Part shown: piece after piece, positions 51,806-64,000 of the stretch
Position numbering within the stretch: position 1 is the stretch's first letter
How the letters are laid out: every line of letters starts with the position of its first letter
Assembly (NCBI RefSeq): GCF_036321535.1
Contig: NC_087436.1
Span: 61,320,001-61,384,000, forward strand
DNA: 64,000 bases
Source: Camelus dromedarius
Taxonomy: Eukaryota
Reading direction: 5' to 3'
The notes under the pieces: generated by a model
Told to the model about the DNA's origin: nothing
Seen by the model: only the letters and a program-made list of their open reading frames with translations
Database searches by the model: none
Made by a program: the position numbers and the translations under genes

Positions 51806-53124
51806 TTCTCTATCTCAATACACAGTCAGTACTCTGAAGAGGTCTGCTTTTATTTGGTAAGGATAACTATGTGCCTGGTCACCTTTGCTTAGAGTTATAT
51901 CAGCTCTCCAGTTCTGTACCACACTTTTGTTTGCAGGAACTTTCATTATCCCACATTCCACAGGAAATCATGTTGGTGTACTGTATTGATGGCATGATGC
52001 TTCCTTTGGGAAGATGCATAATTGCTCAAGAGGAGGAAGTAAATCTCCCCCAATACAGGGGTCTACAACTTCAGTGAAATTTCCGAAGTTCTAGTGGTCT
52101 GTGAAATGCCTGGAAATATCTCAAAATTGGAAAGACAAGTTGCTAGACTTTTTTTTCCCTCTGTCAGTAAGATAGAGATAATGCTTCAAGGGCTTCTTTG
52201 CATTTTGGAAACAGTATATGCTACATATGACTCATTTACAAAAGCTGCTAGATTTTTGTGGTGTCTAGAGCAAAAGGTGCTTCTGTAGCTGATCTAAACT
52301 AGTATTAGCAACTCTCTCAACTCTTACTAGTTGGTGGATCCAGTCAGTAGTGGTCAAAGTATCTGAAACAAATTAAAATGTTCATTGGGGCTGATGGCAT
52401 ATGGGGAAATCAGAGCGAAAATACCTAGGGCTTTGGAGAAAAGTCATGCTGTTTTCAGTAATTAACTTTTTCTTTAAGAAAGACATCTTGCCTTTTAATG
52501 GACCCTGACAGAGAGTAAAGTCTGACCAGAGACACAAGTTGACCAACCAAGCCACCCAAGTTGCCCAGTTTGAACTACGTGTTATCTGAACCACAAACCA
52601 TACATTTAGGATGCCCAGCAATAAATTTTTCATCAGTTGAAGTGAGATATATGGGATGGGGCCTGAGTAGGTAGTGAAGGGAAAGCAAGATGCACGATCG
52701 GTTTATTACACTTCCAGTGCGTTTGTTAGGTCACTTACCTACTTTTTCTCAATCTGTGTTTATAGCATCATTGTGAGTTCCCTATGATCTGTTGGTTGAG
52801 GAAGAAAATATTTTGAGTATATTTTATGGATGACTTTAATCAATATGTGGGCACCAATTATGTGTACTGTTGTGATATTCTCATACAGTGGTGGCTTTGA
52901 AAGACAATGAAAAAAATTTTCAGGGAACAGAATTTAATAGTGTACACCATTATCTAATTCATCTAAAAGGGAAGATAGCCTGAGATAAGTATGTATATCT
53001 ATTCATAGTGGCAAATGATTGGGCTAGATGATCAGAGGTTTGGAAGGAATGCGATTGGAGGATTTGTGACAAGGAGGTTTGAAAGAATACACAGACGAAT
53101 CTCTTGCAATCAGTTCATAATTAT

Positions 53125-53150
53125 CTGCCTGCCTGCCGATCGATCGATCG

Positions 53151-53195
<45 letters not shown>

Positions 53196-53202
53196 ATCTA
53201 TC
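53125..53202. repeat. (CTGC)3-(GATC)4-(TATC)10 compound microsatellite
   Basis: GATC units 53138-53153, TATC units 53154-53193. Confidence 0.95.
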
Positions 53203-54399
53203 TTCCTTGTGAATGCTGATAAACAGACCTCATTGAAAAGAAGGCTCTTAATCAGAACAAGATGATTAACCCTGTGCCTGTTTGCAGACTTCTTTCCAAG
53301 CTACTTTGATGTACTTTATTAATGAGCTTTTGAAAAAAGTTCCCATGAATGAAGAGGATGGTGGCTATGCATGAAATAAACAAGATTGATTGCCCTTCAT
53401 AAAATCTGACCTGGCTTCTCTTACTGCTATGTTAGAGTTAAATTCTGAGTCCCTGATAAGGCATGTCCCAGGTGGTCCTATTATCAGTAAGGGGAAGTGA
53501 TAGGTCTCTTTGATACATATTGTGGATTTAAATTTTTCTTCCTTATTCTGACATGTTCTTCCAACATCCACAGAATTCCTTAATACTTTATACAGTATTA
53601 CTACAATCAAAACTGTTTCTCACCAGGGAACTCCATCATAGTGAAAGAACAAAGCCATGTTCTTTTCAGTAAGTAATCATTCACAATGAAAGATGTAAGA
53701 CAGTAGGCTAATGCCTATGCTATTCATAGTCTTAGTATGTTCCCCCATCATCCAGAACCATGAAATAGACTACTGGAGATATAGTTACAGCACTATCTAG
53801 GAGACAGCATCTTATAAGTTTAAGGTATGTTCTAAAATTGTGTTTTGTTCACTAAATCAGTGACCAATACACAGAATTGTCTCTTCAGTAACTAAAATAT
53901 CCAGATCTAGACACACGGAGGAAAAGAGAGTGGGTGCATTGTTCTGTCATGCCTATTGATCCATTTATAAAAAATTTCCTGATTGTCCCTGTGACTCTGG
54001 ATTTTGTTGGTTTAGAGATTTTTGACCCACACAGGGAATCTTTCCCCTTGGGGTTACTACTGTGATTCCAATAATTTGGAAGCAAAGACATTAGATAAAT
54101 AGAAAAGGGGCATAGTGTTGACCATGATGATTGATTTTGATTGTCAAGGTTGAAGCTGCCCAAAGAGAGTAAGGGAAGAATGGAGGGAACCCACACTTCA
54201 CTTTGTGTTCCTCTCATTATTGTCATGTAAAGCCTAGCAGGTGAAGAATCCCAACAATCTGAAGTGCTGGTTGTGGGCAAAGCAATGACAGAATGAGAAG
54301 TGGGACAAAGAAGCTATAAAAATAAGCTATGGCCTTAGGACCTTATGGAGAAACATCTGTCTCATTTTCCTTGTTGTGACTAGGATTTAAAATTGTAGG

Positions 54400-54792
54400 T
54401 ATGGTGGATTGTATTATTGTTCTCCAATACTTGCTATTTCTCTCTAAGGAGAGAAACTATATTATATTTCTCTACTCCGCTAACTTCAAACTTACTATCT
54501 TAATATCTTTGGCCAGTAAAAGTGAGCAGAAGTGATGTGAATTACTACTAGCAGAAATTTAAGCCAGTGAATGGTCCTCTGTATCCTCTTTTCCTTTGGC
54601 CATTAGATCAGCAGTATTAGTTAGAGGTTGCCCCACCAACATGGATTTCAGAGCACAGACTGTGGGGAGAGAGTTGCAGCTAATGCACAATAAACATGTA
54701 GTGGGAGTAAAAAACACATCTTTATTATTAGAACCACTAAGGTTTTGGGGTTGTTTATTGCTGTAGTATAACCTAGTCTATCATGGCTTACA
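54400..54792 (+). mobile_element. MLT1I-like LTR
   Basis: TATGGTGGATTGTATTATTGTTC...CTTTGGCCAGTAAAAGTGAGCAGAAGTGATGTG...CCACTAAGGTTTTGGGGTTGTTTATTGCTGTAGTATAACCTAG. Confidence 0.8.
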
Positions 54793-55109
54793 TGGCATAT
54801 TTTTCTAGTAACAAATTTTCTATCATTTTCACTCCTTTTCTTCTAATCTTCTATAAAGACCATGTTGGTAGTGGCTAACTATACAGTCAAGCCCATGGGT
54901 TAATAGAATAATAAGACCAAATAAACCAAGATGAGGAGTAGATATCATCCAGTGATTCTGGACTTACTGGATACAGTGATTGATAATTTTGGTGTGGATT
55001 GCTGATGAGTGTATTTTTCGGTTATATAAGAATTGTAATATGTTAGAGGGAAAAATTTTATGGAAAGAAGAGTATATATTCTTGTTGAGCAACCAAAAGA
55101 TAGATTTTC

Positions 55110-55920
55110 TTAGACATTTGCCATTTTTTTCAGTTGTACACATCTGAGTCCACTCTCTATGTTTGTGATTTCCAAGAGCATAGTTGAGAGGCAGAGCCAG
55201 GCTCCCCCCAAAAAAACTGAAAATGCCAGGTACTAGCTCTCACGGCCTCTCTCAAACCTACGGCATAACTACATGTCTTAGTCTCCACCACTTAGATGCA
55301 TAGTGCCAGATTTTTTTCCCCCTCAGAGTAGGGATTTGAACAGCCAGGATGTGAACTCAGGTTTTTGTGATTTGAAAACTATGGCCCTTTAACTAAAAAG
55401 TGTCAGTAACAAATGGGAGTTAAGTGGCTCTACTACCTACTGGCTTTGTGATCCCAGGCAAGTCACTTAACCTATCTGAGCCTCAGTTCTTTGTCTGGAA
55501 ATTGAGGATAATGAAAGTGTACCCTTATAAAGCCCTTGTGAGGAATAGATGCATTAATGCATACAAAATACATTAAATGATACAATATGTAAAACAAGAC
55601 CTAAGTAAGTAGGAGTTTAGTCATACAGAGAAGCAGGGCTTGTGAGGAATGCCCTTTGGGAGTAATGGTGACAGCAACAAGCCTGAGTTCCCAGGGCACC
55701 AATGGCAGTAATCTCATCTCTAGCATCTAGAGTCCATGCCAGCCCCAGGATGACTGTTCCCTTACTGGCTGAGTTCTGTGATATGATGGAGCACTGCCCA
55801 TCTGGGAAATTCCACTGTAGTTCTCCATCCTTCCTGATGACTCTGTGAACTGCCCAGTTGTCTTTTAGTAAATTCTTTGTCTGACAAGTTTGATTTTGTT
55901 TCTTGAAACTAAGAACTCTA
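55110..55920 (+). mobile_element. LTR33-like (ERVL) LTR in two pieces separated by MIR sequence
   Basis: 5' piece GAGGCAGAGCCAGGCTCCC...GAAAATGCCAGGTACT (to about 55320); 3' piece CCTTCCTGATGACTCTGTGAACTGCCCAG...TAGTAAATTC...AACTAAGAACTCTA (from about 55620). Confidence 0.6.
55400..55575 (+). mobile_element. MIR SINE
   Basis: TGTGATCCCAGGCAAGTCACTTAACCTATCTGAGCCTCAGTT...TTGTGAGGAATAGATG. Confidence 0.85.
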
Positions 55921-55959
55921 TGTATTTTAATAGGCCTGGCTTTATTCCTAGTAGTCAAA

Positions 55960-56175
55960 AATGCATGAATTTTAGAAATCAGACAAATCTGGTTTGAATC
56001 TCAAGTCTTTTACCAGCCTACATTAACTTGTTCAGTGAACTCTTTGAGCTTCCAGCTTCCTGTCCTTAAATGGAGATGATAATATGTACCTTATAGAGTA
56101 ATCATAAAGATAAACTGAGATAATATGTATGAAAAACTCCTAATATTGAACCTCACCTGTAGAAGTCATGCAAAA
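55960..56175 (+). mobile_element. MIR SINE
   Basis: GAAATCAGACAAATCTGGTTTGAATCTC...AAATGGAGATGATAATATGTACCTTATAGAG. Confidence 0.75.
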
Positions 56176-56646
56176 CAGCTTAATTTCCTTCTCCAAAACC
56201 AGTATGGCTGTCTTTGTCTCCTTTACAGTAGAGATTAGGCTATATAAACATTATACAAATAGCTACTGGCCCTAATATTGGGATGAGTCAAAGAACCTGG
56301 GGGAGAAGTATGCCTTTGAGAGGACCTGGAAAATAATTGCGAAAGGGAATTTCTCTAGCTTTAGGCCTATCTTAACTGAGTGGAAGGAATAGGGATAACG
56401 TAGAATGAAGTGTGTTACATCTTCAATTGTCTTTTGCCTGCATTCAGTGGTAATTGAGTCTGCATTATTTGTAATTTTCTGCATTATTTGTGTTGAGTCT
56501 ATTAGGCAACTGCATCATTAGTATCATATTCACAAGTGTTATCATGCAATTACAGCCAACAGACACTTAATGGCAAAATCCACTTTGAATCATGTGAGTG
56601 TTTTCTTTCTTTCCTCCCAATTTCCTTCTTTCATTTTGCTGATGAT

Positions 56647-56679
<33 letters not shown>

Positions 56680-56848
56680 CCATAAAGCATATTGTATATG
56701 CCAAGCTCTCCCATTTATGATAAAGGATCTAGCTACTAAGTGTACCCAGGATAATGATTCAGTGAAGGCACATTAACTCACTTACTTTGGGTAGTGGAAA
56801 TATCTTATTTGCTGTTTTATTGCTATTCTTAAAAGCATTACTTTATAG

Positions 56849-56920
56849 CAGTGGTTTTTAAACTTCAGTGTGCATAAAAATCATCAAGGGGATCACTAAA
56901 CATCAGATTCCTTGTTCCAC
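56849..56920. mobile_element. MER5A-like hAT MITE fragment
   Basis: CAGTGGTTTTTAAACTTCAGTGTGCATAAAAATCATCAAGGGG...CAGATTCC. Confidence 0.65.
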
Positions 56921-57524
56921 TCAAATGAGGTAGGTATTACTATAGCTTTGCTTCCACAGTATGGAAACTGGGGCACAGAAAGTTTAAATGACTTGGTTAC
57001 AGTCATTGATGGAGTCAGAATTCAATCCCAGGTATTTCTTATCATAACTCCATAATACATAGAGCAACAAAGCAGAGTATTGTGCCCTCTGACAGGCAAC
57101 TAAGGACAAGTTTAGTTTTAGTAACTTTTTCTTAGAATATCTTGTTGTCTTTTTGATATCAGTTAGACTTTTACCAGTTTTCAGTGGGAGATGACAATTC
57201 ACATTCTCATTTCTGTTTCTTCTATTACTGTGTCTTTTCCTAATTGAATAAAAAAAGGTTTCAAAATAACTGTACACCAAAACAAACAACTTGAAAGAAT
57301 AATCACTTAAAAGCAACCTGCTTATTTTTTTAGCTCTGTCAAAGCTTTCCGTGCATTTAAGATTTAGAATTGAGAAATAGATCCTTTGGGACTGTTAGGG
57401 GATTATGATCTTGGGAAATTAATCCATAGTAACAATGTGTTTACAATACTTGGACTTTCTTAAACCTTTATCTAGAGAAAATTCATGACTCTTCTTCTCT
57501 CTACTGCCTCATTTCTAATTTTCC

Positions 57525-57770
57525 ATTAGCATTTGTTGAATGCTTTCTACACACAATTTCTTTCTATATACTATTCTATACACTATCCTATAAGGACAGC
57601 AACCTATAAAGTAGATCTTATTCTTCTCATTTTATAGATGAACAAAAAGAAGTTTAGAGAGGCTAACTTCTCTAATATCACACAGCTTATAATTAGCAGG
57701 GCTAATTTATTATTATTGACTCTAGATTCATCTCACTTTAAGATGTGTGCCCTTAACCATCAACAGTTCC
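57525..57770 (-). mobile_element. MIR SINE
   Basis: CATTTGTTGAATGCTTTCTAC...CTCATTTTATAGATGAACAAAAAGAAGTTTAGAGAGGCTAAC. Confidence 0.7.
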
Positions 57771-59179
57771 TGTCTACTTAACAGAATCATGGGTTTTTAT
57801 GTTCTTGGGACAAACCAGTAATAAATTCAGCAGTAGCAACCACAACAAAAAACTAAACAAACAGATTTTTACATCCTCCAGCATGTTACAGAATTGTTCT
57901 AAAGCACAGAGAGTTAAGCTGCAGTGGAACGAGAAGCTTGGGATCTCTTTATGACACAGTAACTGTTCTCATGTCAATGACAAAATGGCAGAAGAGCCAA
58001 ACACAGGTGACAGGAGTCCCAGCACAGCATTCTGTTTGTGCAACCTTTATTAAATGGAGCTGTTGGCTACCACCTATGGTTTTGTAGTTGTGCCTCCCAC
58101 TGAGCACACATTTGATCTTTCAATTAATTAGGTGCACCTTGGCTACAAGCCACAATCAGGCGTACATATTTCAAATCTTAAACTGGGTTCCTCCTAAGAT
58201 GAAAGCAGAATGTTTCAAAGTGTAGCATAAATCCTCATGTCATCTTTTTGGAAAAATGAATGACATTAACAATATTAATTTATTGATAAAATCAAAAACA
58301 TTATAAGGAAATGATACACTTCAACTCTTAGTTTTAATTTGTGTTTTTATGAGAAGTTTTTTATTGGAGTAATGTGGCAGTGATCTTTTTGAGCAGATCT
58401 TTAATTAGAATAAATTAATTCCATCCCTTTGGCATTAAGAAAACAAAAAATTAGACTCCTAAATATATTGTCTCTAAAATGCTTAAAAGTCTGCCTACAT
58501 ACTTGCTGAGATGGAGACATGGCACTGCTTTCAGTATTTCTTAAAATGATTCAATATTCTATGGGACAAGTAGCATTTAATTGCTATTTTATCTAAGACC
58601 TGTGTCATCAACCTCCTTTTAAAAGAGGTTCCAACTGTCTGAGTTGCCTGTTTATTCTCCTTCTCTGACTTTCTTCCAAACATGTGTCTTTCATCTCTGT
58701 AGTAAGCAATGAATAACCAGCCAAGACGGTCTCCCCCACTTTACCCCTTTTCTCTGTGCTAAGGTAGTCCCAGCGTGTTATGTTTCCTTTCTCCATAGTG
58801 GCTAGAGTACTGCCAGCATGTGGAACACCAACAACTCATTTCCAACCTTCAGCCACATAATTAACAGCAAAGATGAATGGATGGAACAAAGATCCATTTG
58901 TACAGCCTTGGTGGCTCTCTTTGTATGTTATCTAGGATGGATGATCTATATTTTTATATTCTTGCTCATTTACTTACCTTAATAGGTGTCCTGGTGAATT
59001 TATAGTAGCCAGACATTTGTCCATCAGTTCTGTGGTATAGATCATTCTTTGTTTAAACTAGTCTATGCAAGGCTGTGAGATTCACTGGGGACTAGCAAAA
59101 ATGATCCCTGAAGAATATAATTTGAATTGTCCTTTCTATGTTATCTCTTATCAATTATCTTTAATAAACCTTCTAGACT

Positions 59180-60600
59180 TTTTCCTTTAGATTTTTTGTT
59201 ATTATATTAGGAAGAACTTACTAATGCTAATGCACTCTTATTGTAACAAGTAAAAACAAGCCTTTATAAAGGGAAGTTAATAATTCCCTCTGCCTCCCAT
59301 CTCCTTAAATAGACTACTAAAGCTAACAGCCAAGGATATATGTTTGTATCTCCATTTCTATGGATACATACATATCCATGTATGTATATATACATACAAA
59401 TACACATATGTATGCATACAAATATATGTATGTATATACCCATGTGTTAGTATTTTTACAAAACAGAAATAATATATATTCTTCACAGTTATTTTTTATT
59501 TAAAACTCTATCCATTCAGAATTAGTCACTGCATATCTCTATGTGCCAAGCACTGTTCTAGGCACTAAGGATGTGATGGTTAGCAAGATGGATGACTTAC
59601 TGCTGTCCTAAAGCTTACATGTTAGTGAGTCATGGATACCCCTTACGTCAGTAGACACAGAACCAGTTGATTTAACAAATGGCCACATAATCTTCTAAAT
59701 TTCCTTTCCTACTGATAGACTTTTATGAGTTTTTCACTTTTATTGTTATTGCCAACAGTGCTATTATATTAAGCATCCTTGAATAGCTATTCTTATGTAC
59801 CAGTGCTTCTATCTTTAATAGGGTAGATTTTTAAAAATGGGAATATCTGGAGAAAATAAACACATACTTTTCATTTGAATAAACATTGTAAATAACTTCA
59901 AAAAAGGTTATAGTGTCCTTAGGTGCCATATTGCCCTGTCCACATATCCACCAAAAATGAAGGCGTGCTGTTCCTTTTATCCTGCTTAGTAGCCCTCTTT
60001 TATCATTCACAAATTGCTATTTGTGGAGAAGAAATGCTATTTTGAATATAAATTACATTTTAGTAGTTACTAGTGAGAGGGAGCACTTTTTCATGTTTAT
60101 TAGCCATTTGCATTCCTCTAGACTTGTTGGGCTTTTTTCTCTCTGTTTCTTTATTTTCTTTGTTTCTTCACATATAAGGGATAATATATAATCCCTGTGT
60201 GTCTTTGGTGTGTTGTTGCAGATATTTCCCCAAATTCATCATTTGTCTTTTTCATTTTACTTTTTGGCATATTTTTCCACATAAAATTCTAAATTCCTTA
60301 TGTGGTTAAATTGTTTAATATTTACTCTCTGACTTCTAAGTTTTTTCTCTTACTTAAGAAGGTCTTCCCTACCTCAAGGTTGTTGAGATACTATCCTAAA
60401 ATTTCTTATTATTTCTTTTTTAGACTTTGATAATTACTGTATTAAGATTTTTTTGTTTATATACATGGTGTGGGGTTGGGTTTCAGCTTCATTTTTTTCC
60501 AGATTGGTGGCTAATTATGCTAGTGTCAGCTATTACATAGTCCCTCACTCCCTCCTAACAGAATTTCTACCTTGCCGTATAGAGTCCCAGGCATACTTGG
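59180..60600 (-). mobile_element. Degenerate L1ME-type LINE, with an L2 fragment at about 59510-59625
   Basis: TTACTAGTGAG..GAGCACTTTTTCATGTTTATTAGCCATTTGCATT...TGTTGCAGATATTTCCCC...CTTAAGAAGGTCTTCCCTACC are antisense L1 ORF2/3' motifs. Confidence 0.75.
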
Positions 60601-61133
60601 ATAACAGCCTATCCCTCCTGTTAGGTTTCATGGACCTTCTGGATTTCTCAAAGTTCTATAATACAACCAAGGGAAGTTAGTGAGCAATTGAGAGTCTTGA
60701 AGTGTAGTGGTAAGTTCCTTGTCATCAATTTCTCAATAATAAATGAGAACTCTAATGCTATTTCATCAGGACTGGTGAATGATGATAGAAGAGCTGTTAC
60801 TGAACTTTCTTCTGATGAAATTTCTGTATTAATAAACATAGTTCATGTGAAACTCTGAATTCTCTGTAGTTTGTTCTGAACATAATTTAAAAAGCTTACA
60901 CTTGCTCATATTATAATGTTATATTCTTTATAATCAAGTTAATATTAACCAGGGACATTGAGACTATTTATTTATTTCTAACATGCCTTATAATTGATTA
61001 AATTGACATTCACTCTTTTAAGCCTATCACACCATAAAAATCACATGGAAGCTAGACACTGGAAAGAGTGAAAAGCCAGAAAAATTCTTCTCTGCAAAAA
61101 TTGGCAAGCTCTACATCTTAAAAACTCTTTAGT

Positions 61134-61430
61134 TCAATATTTCTCAAACTGTGTGCTGTGGAATACTAGATCCATAGCATATAAGTTTGTTTTATATACA
61201 AAAGAGGTTCTGTGTCAAAAAGTTTGGCAAGTGTTAGATCAAACATACTTGACAATTTTTAGTGCAGGACGTCTCAGAGCCTTTGGTTTAATCTTGTGGA
61301 CTATAGATCTCCATAGGGCCATATGGTATGCAGTGTTTCCTAAACTTATTTGACTTTAATTATTTTCCCCCACCCATGTTATATTTACAGAGCTGATGTC
61401 TCATAGAATATACTTTGGGAATGCAGCTCA
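61134..61430. mobile_element. hAT-Charlie MITE (Charlie4-like)
   Basis: Outer ends CAATATTTCTCAAACTGTG and TACTTTGGGAATGC; internal inverted pair GTCAAAAAGTTTGGCAAG and TTTCCTAAACTTATTTGAC. Confidence 0.7.
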
Positions 61431-64000
61431 AGCTTATTCTTATCGCTCATCATAAGTTTCCATCTTCCCTCAAAGGAAGGAAATGTAAATTTGAAATAAT
61501 AGGAATAACTGAATGATTTTGTGCATGAGAAAAATCACTGATAAAAACTCCTGATGAACTACTGGCTTTTCACATAACTCAATCAAAACTTCATGCTTTT
61601 CTAGGTGGGCCTTGTACCATACCCATTCTGCTTTCAGAGCCATCACTAAGTAGTCTTCCCAATGATGGCCTTTACATTGTTGCTTACCTTCCCAAACTCT
61701 AAAAGAAAGACATTACGTTCCTTCTAGTGTTGTATTCTCTTCATTTTTTTTTCCTCCCTAGGGGATCTTCTAAACACATTATGAGCATTGAATGTTTGTG
61801 AGAGCAATTGCTTATGAAGGCTTATATTCTGCTATTTGAAATCTATTTGTGCTGTAATAGGGAAAACTGCTATAGGAATCTGTACATAAAGGATTGATTT
61901 TGCTTCTTTACTCTTTTAAATCAGTATTTTAATCAATTCTACTGTCTTTTGAACTTTCTCTAACCCAATTCTATCCTACTGGCAGTCAGTTGGTTAAAAG
62001 TCAGTGCTTTTCTGGTGTGAGTATTCATTGGTTCTGCAATTTAGCACTGTTTATTTTTCTCCAGATAGATGGTGACAAAAATGGTCAAATAATTAACTTG
62101 CCTATCCTGGTTGTCCTATACAATGCAGTAGCAAATTCACATGGAGAAGGTGGGCTGACTCTTAATTCTCCCATCAAAAATATATTAACATTTAGCATGT
62201 TTTAATATTTTCATGAAAATAAGTACTGAGGTCTAGAAAACCAGTAAATTCTTTTCTCCTTTTCTGTCTCTCTGTTTCCTGCTTTCCTTCCCCTCCCCCT
62301 CTCTCCAATATTCATTTCTTTCTTAAATTATGCTGTTCATTGACATAAGACTTGTGCTGCCACTTTGATAGAGAAGCCGGAAGAGAGAGAGTGCGGCATT
62401 AGGGAAGCAGTAGGTTGTGCATATGAAATTTAACAAACAGGGGCTGGTCCCTCATTTCATTTTAGAAGAAAAGAACTGACAATGGTAGAAACATTATTTC
62501 ATATCTATTCTCAATAGAGTTATGTAGAAAGAAGAATGTTCCACACTATTTTCTCTTTATGTGCTTCTTGGAAGAACGCTTGCTGGCTTTACTGGCAACA
62601 GCTTGTCATTGACAAACCCCTCTTAATTGTTCTTAACTCCGTTAGTATTTCTTGTCCATAGATAGTGTTTGTTAGACTACTCTCCTCCCCTGTTTTAGTT
62701 ATCTTTTTCATTTATCCTGTGAGGAAACGTTTTAAACAAGGACATCTATTTATGTTTCAAACACAATTTGCTCTATGATTAGTTTTCTTTTCCAACTTTG
62801 CTGGTGTCAGAGTACAGGTAGGATAGCATTTATAAACAGAAGGAATTTTTCGCTATCTTACTAATTCACGGTAATATACCATGGGTCAGGAAACTTGTGT
62901 TTTATTTCTGGCTCTGCCTGGTACTTACTTGCTTTTTTTCTTTTTAAGAAGTCATTGGCAATAATAATTTTTAATCTATACATCTCACAAATCTATATGA
63001 CTGATATGCAAAACATGGGATATTGAATAGAAAAGAAAGGATTTTAAAAGCTGTAATAAGATACTAATAGAGATCTTACATACAGTATTGCTTTCTGGAA
63101 TTATTTATTGATCATTTATTCATTAAAGTGATCAGCATCTAGAATGTGCTGGGCACTGTACTACATGATGTAGATGCAATAATAAATGATACAAATTCTT
63201 GTCTTAGGACAAAATATACATCATCAGGATTTGCTGAATCACCAACTTAAAATTATTATAAAATTTTTCCTGATCTAATTTTGTGAGTTCACCTAAGTTT
63301 TAATAGTTTTCCAATTGATCAAGTCCATTTGCTTATTTTACTGGTCGAGGGAAAGTTGAAATTGCTAAATTTAAATAATGAAGTCAATATCCAGTTAATG
63401 TCTTGATTTCTGTGACTTGTCCATATTTTACCTCGTTGCTAATAATGATACCAACTTTTATTTATTGAGTACTACTCTTTTTTCTATTTAGTATCTTAGC
63501 TTGTCCCGTTTGTGTTTTGGGCCCATTCTTCAATTTTCTTTGATTGACTTTGATACCTTTGGTTCAGACTGCCTTGTTACTGGCTTCATTTTCTCCCTAT
63601 CACAAATTATGTATTTCATCTGTCTTCAGTTTTTTTTTCCAGTGGAGAATTTTAGTTTCCACTCAATATTGAATATTTCCTTTCTTTTTTTGGTCAAGGT
63701 ATATGATAAAACATTGAGTTAAATGTTTTTGGAGCTGAGTGAGAGTCCATGTAATCTGCCTTCATTTCTCTGTGTGTATGTATGTTTGTGCATGCAGCTT
63801 ACACCCTCAATTTACCAAAACAATCTTGTCATAGATACTTCCTGAAGGTCATGCAGCACATATAAATTAAATCCATCTATCATAGGTTTCTTTTATTTGA
63901 AAGTACTCCTTGAAGATACTTAGAAGAATTTCCATGAATAATTTGAAAATTGTTGCTTTAGGAAATGTGCTCATTTAAGAGTCTTCTAGAATTATTTCCT

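Noticed and set aside
62064..62100. EF-hand-like peptide IDGDKNGQI after a polypyrimidine/AG acceptor
   Set aside because: The loop lacks the acidic residue at position 12, there is no convincing donor, and downstream sequence is not coding-like.
62402..62425. let-7-like sequence GCAGTAGGTTGTGCAT
   Set aside because: It lacks the GAGGTAG seed and I see no complementary 3' arm.
63853..63870. U6 snRNA-like GCAGCACATATA
   Set aside because: The match is only 12 nt and the flanks do not continue the U6 sequence.
1..64000. The six-frame ORFs as protein-coding genes
   Set aside because: All are 157 aa or shorter, many start at non-ATG codons, overlap on both strands or translate simple repeats and transposons. 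None resembles a protein I recognise apart from decayed L1 ORF2.

Overview
This is mammalian non-coding DNA, most likely from a camelid (alpaca/llama/camel). The species call rests on two tRNA-Ala-derived SINEs ending in ...CCCTCCCCC on +, a short young L1 3' end of the camelid type, and no recognisable Alu, B1/B2, Bov-A/CHR, PRE1 or Can-SINE. I found no supportable protein-coding exon, RNA gene or CRISPR array. The listed ORFs are short, overlapping and often run through repeats. The window reads like a large intron or gene desert filled with old eutherian repeats (MIR, L2, L1M, MLT1, LTR33, Gypsy-type LTR, hAT MITEs). It also holds three younger solo LTRs, microsatellites and several unique blocks with dense transcription-factor motifs. 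The best-supported points of interest are: a very short CpG-rich solo LTR with a perfect 5-bp target-site duplication (44149-44405); a CCAAT/octamer-array LTR (41615-42195); a twin-priming L1 inversion (9187-10477); a diverged local duplication (35747-36882); two rare (GATC)n microsatellites; and candidate enhancer/CTCF sites. I do not see a new biological system here. Repeat family names come from recognition by eye, and boundaries of old repeats are approximate.
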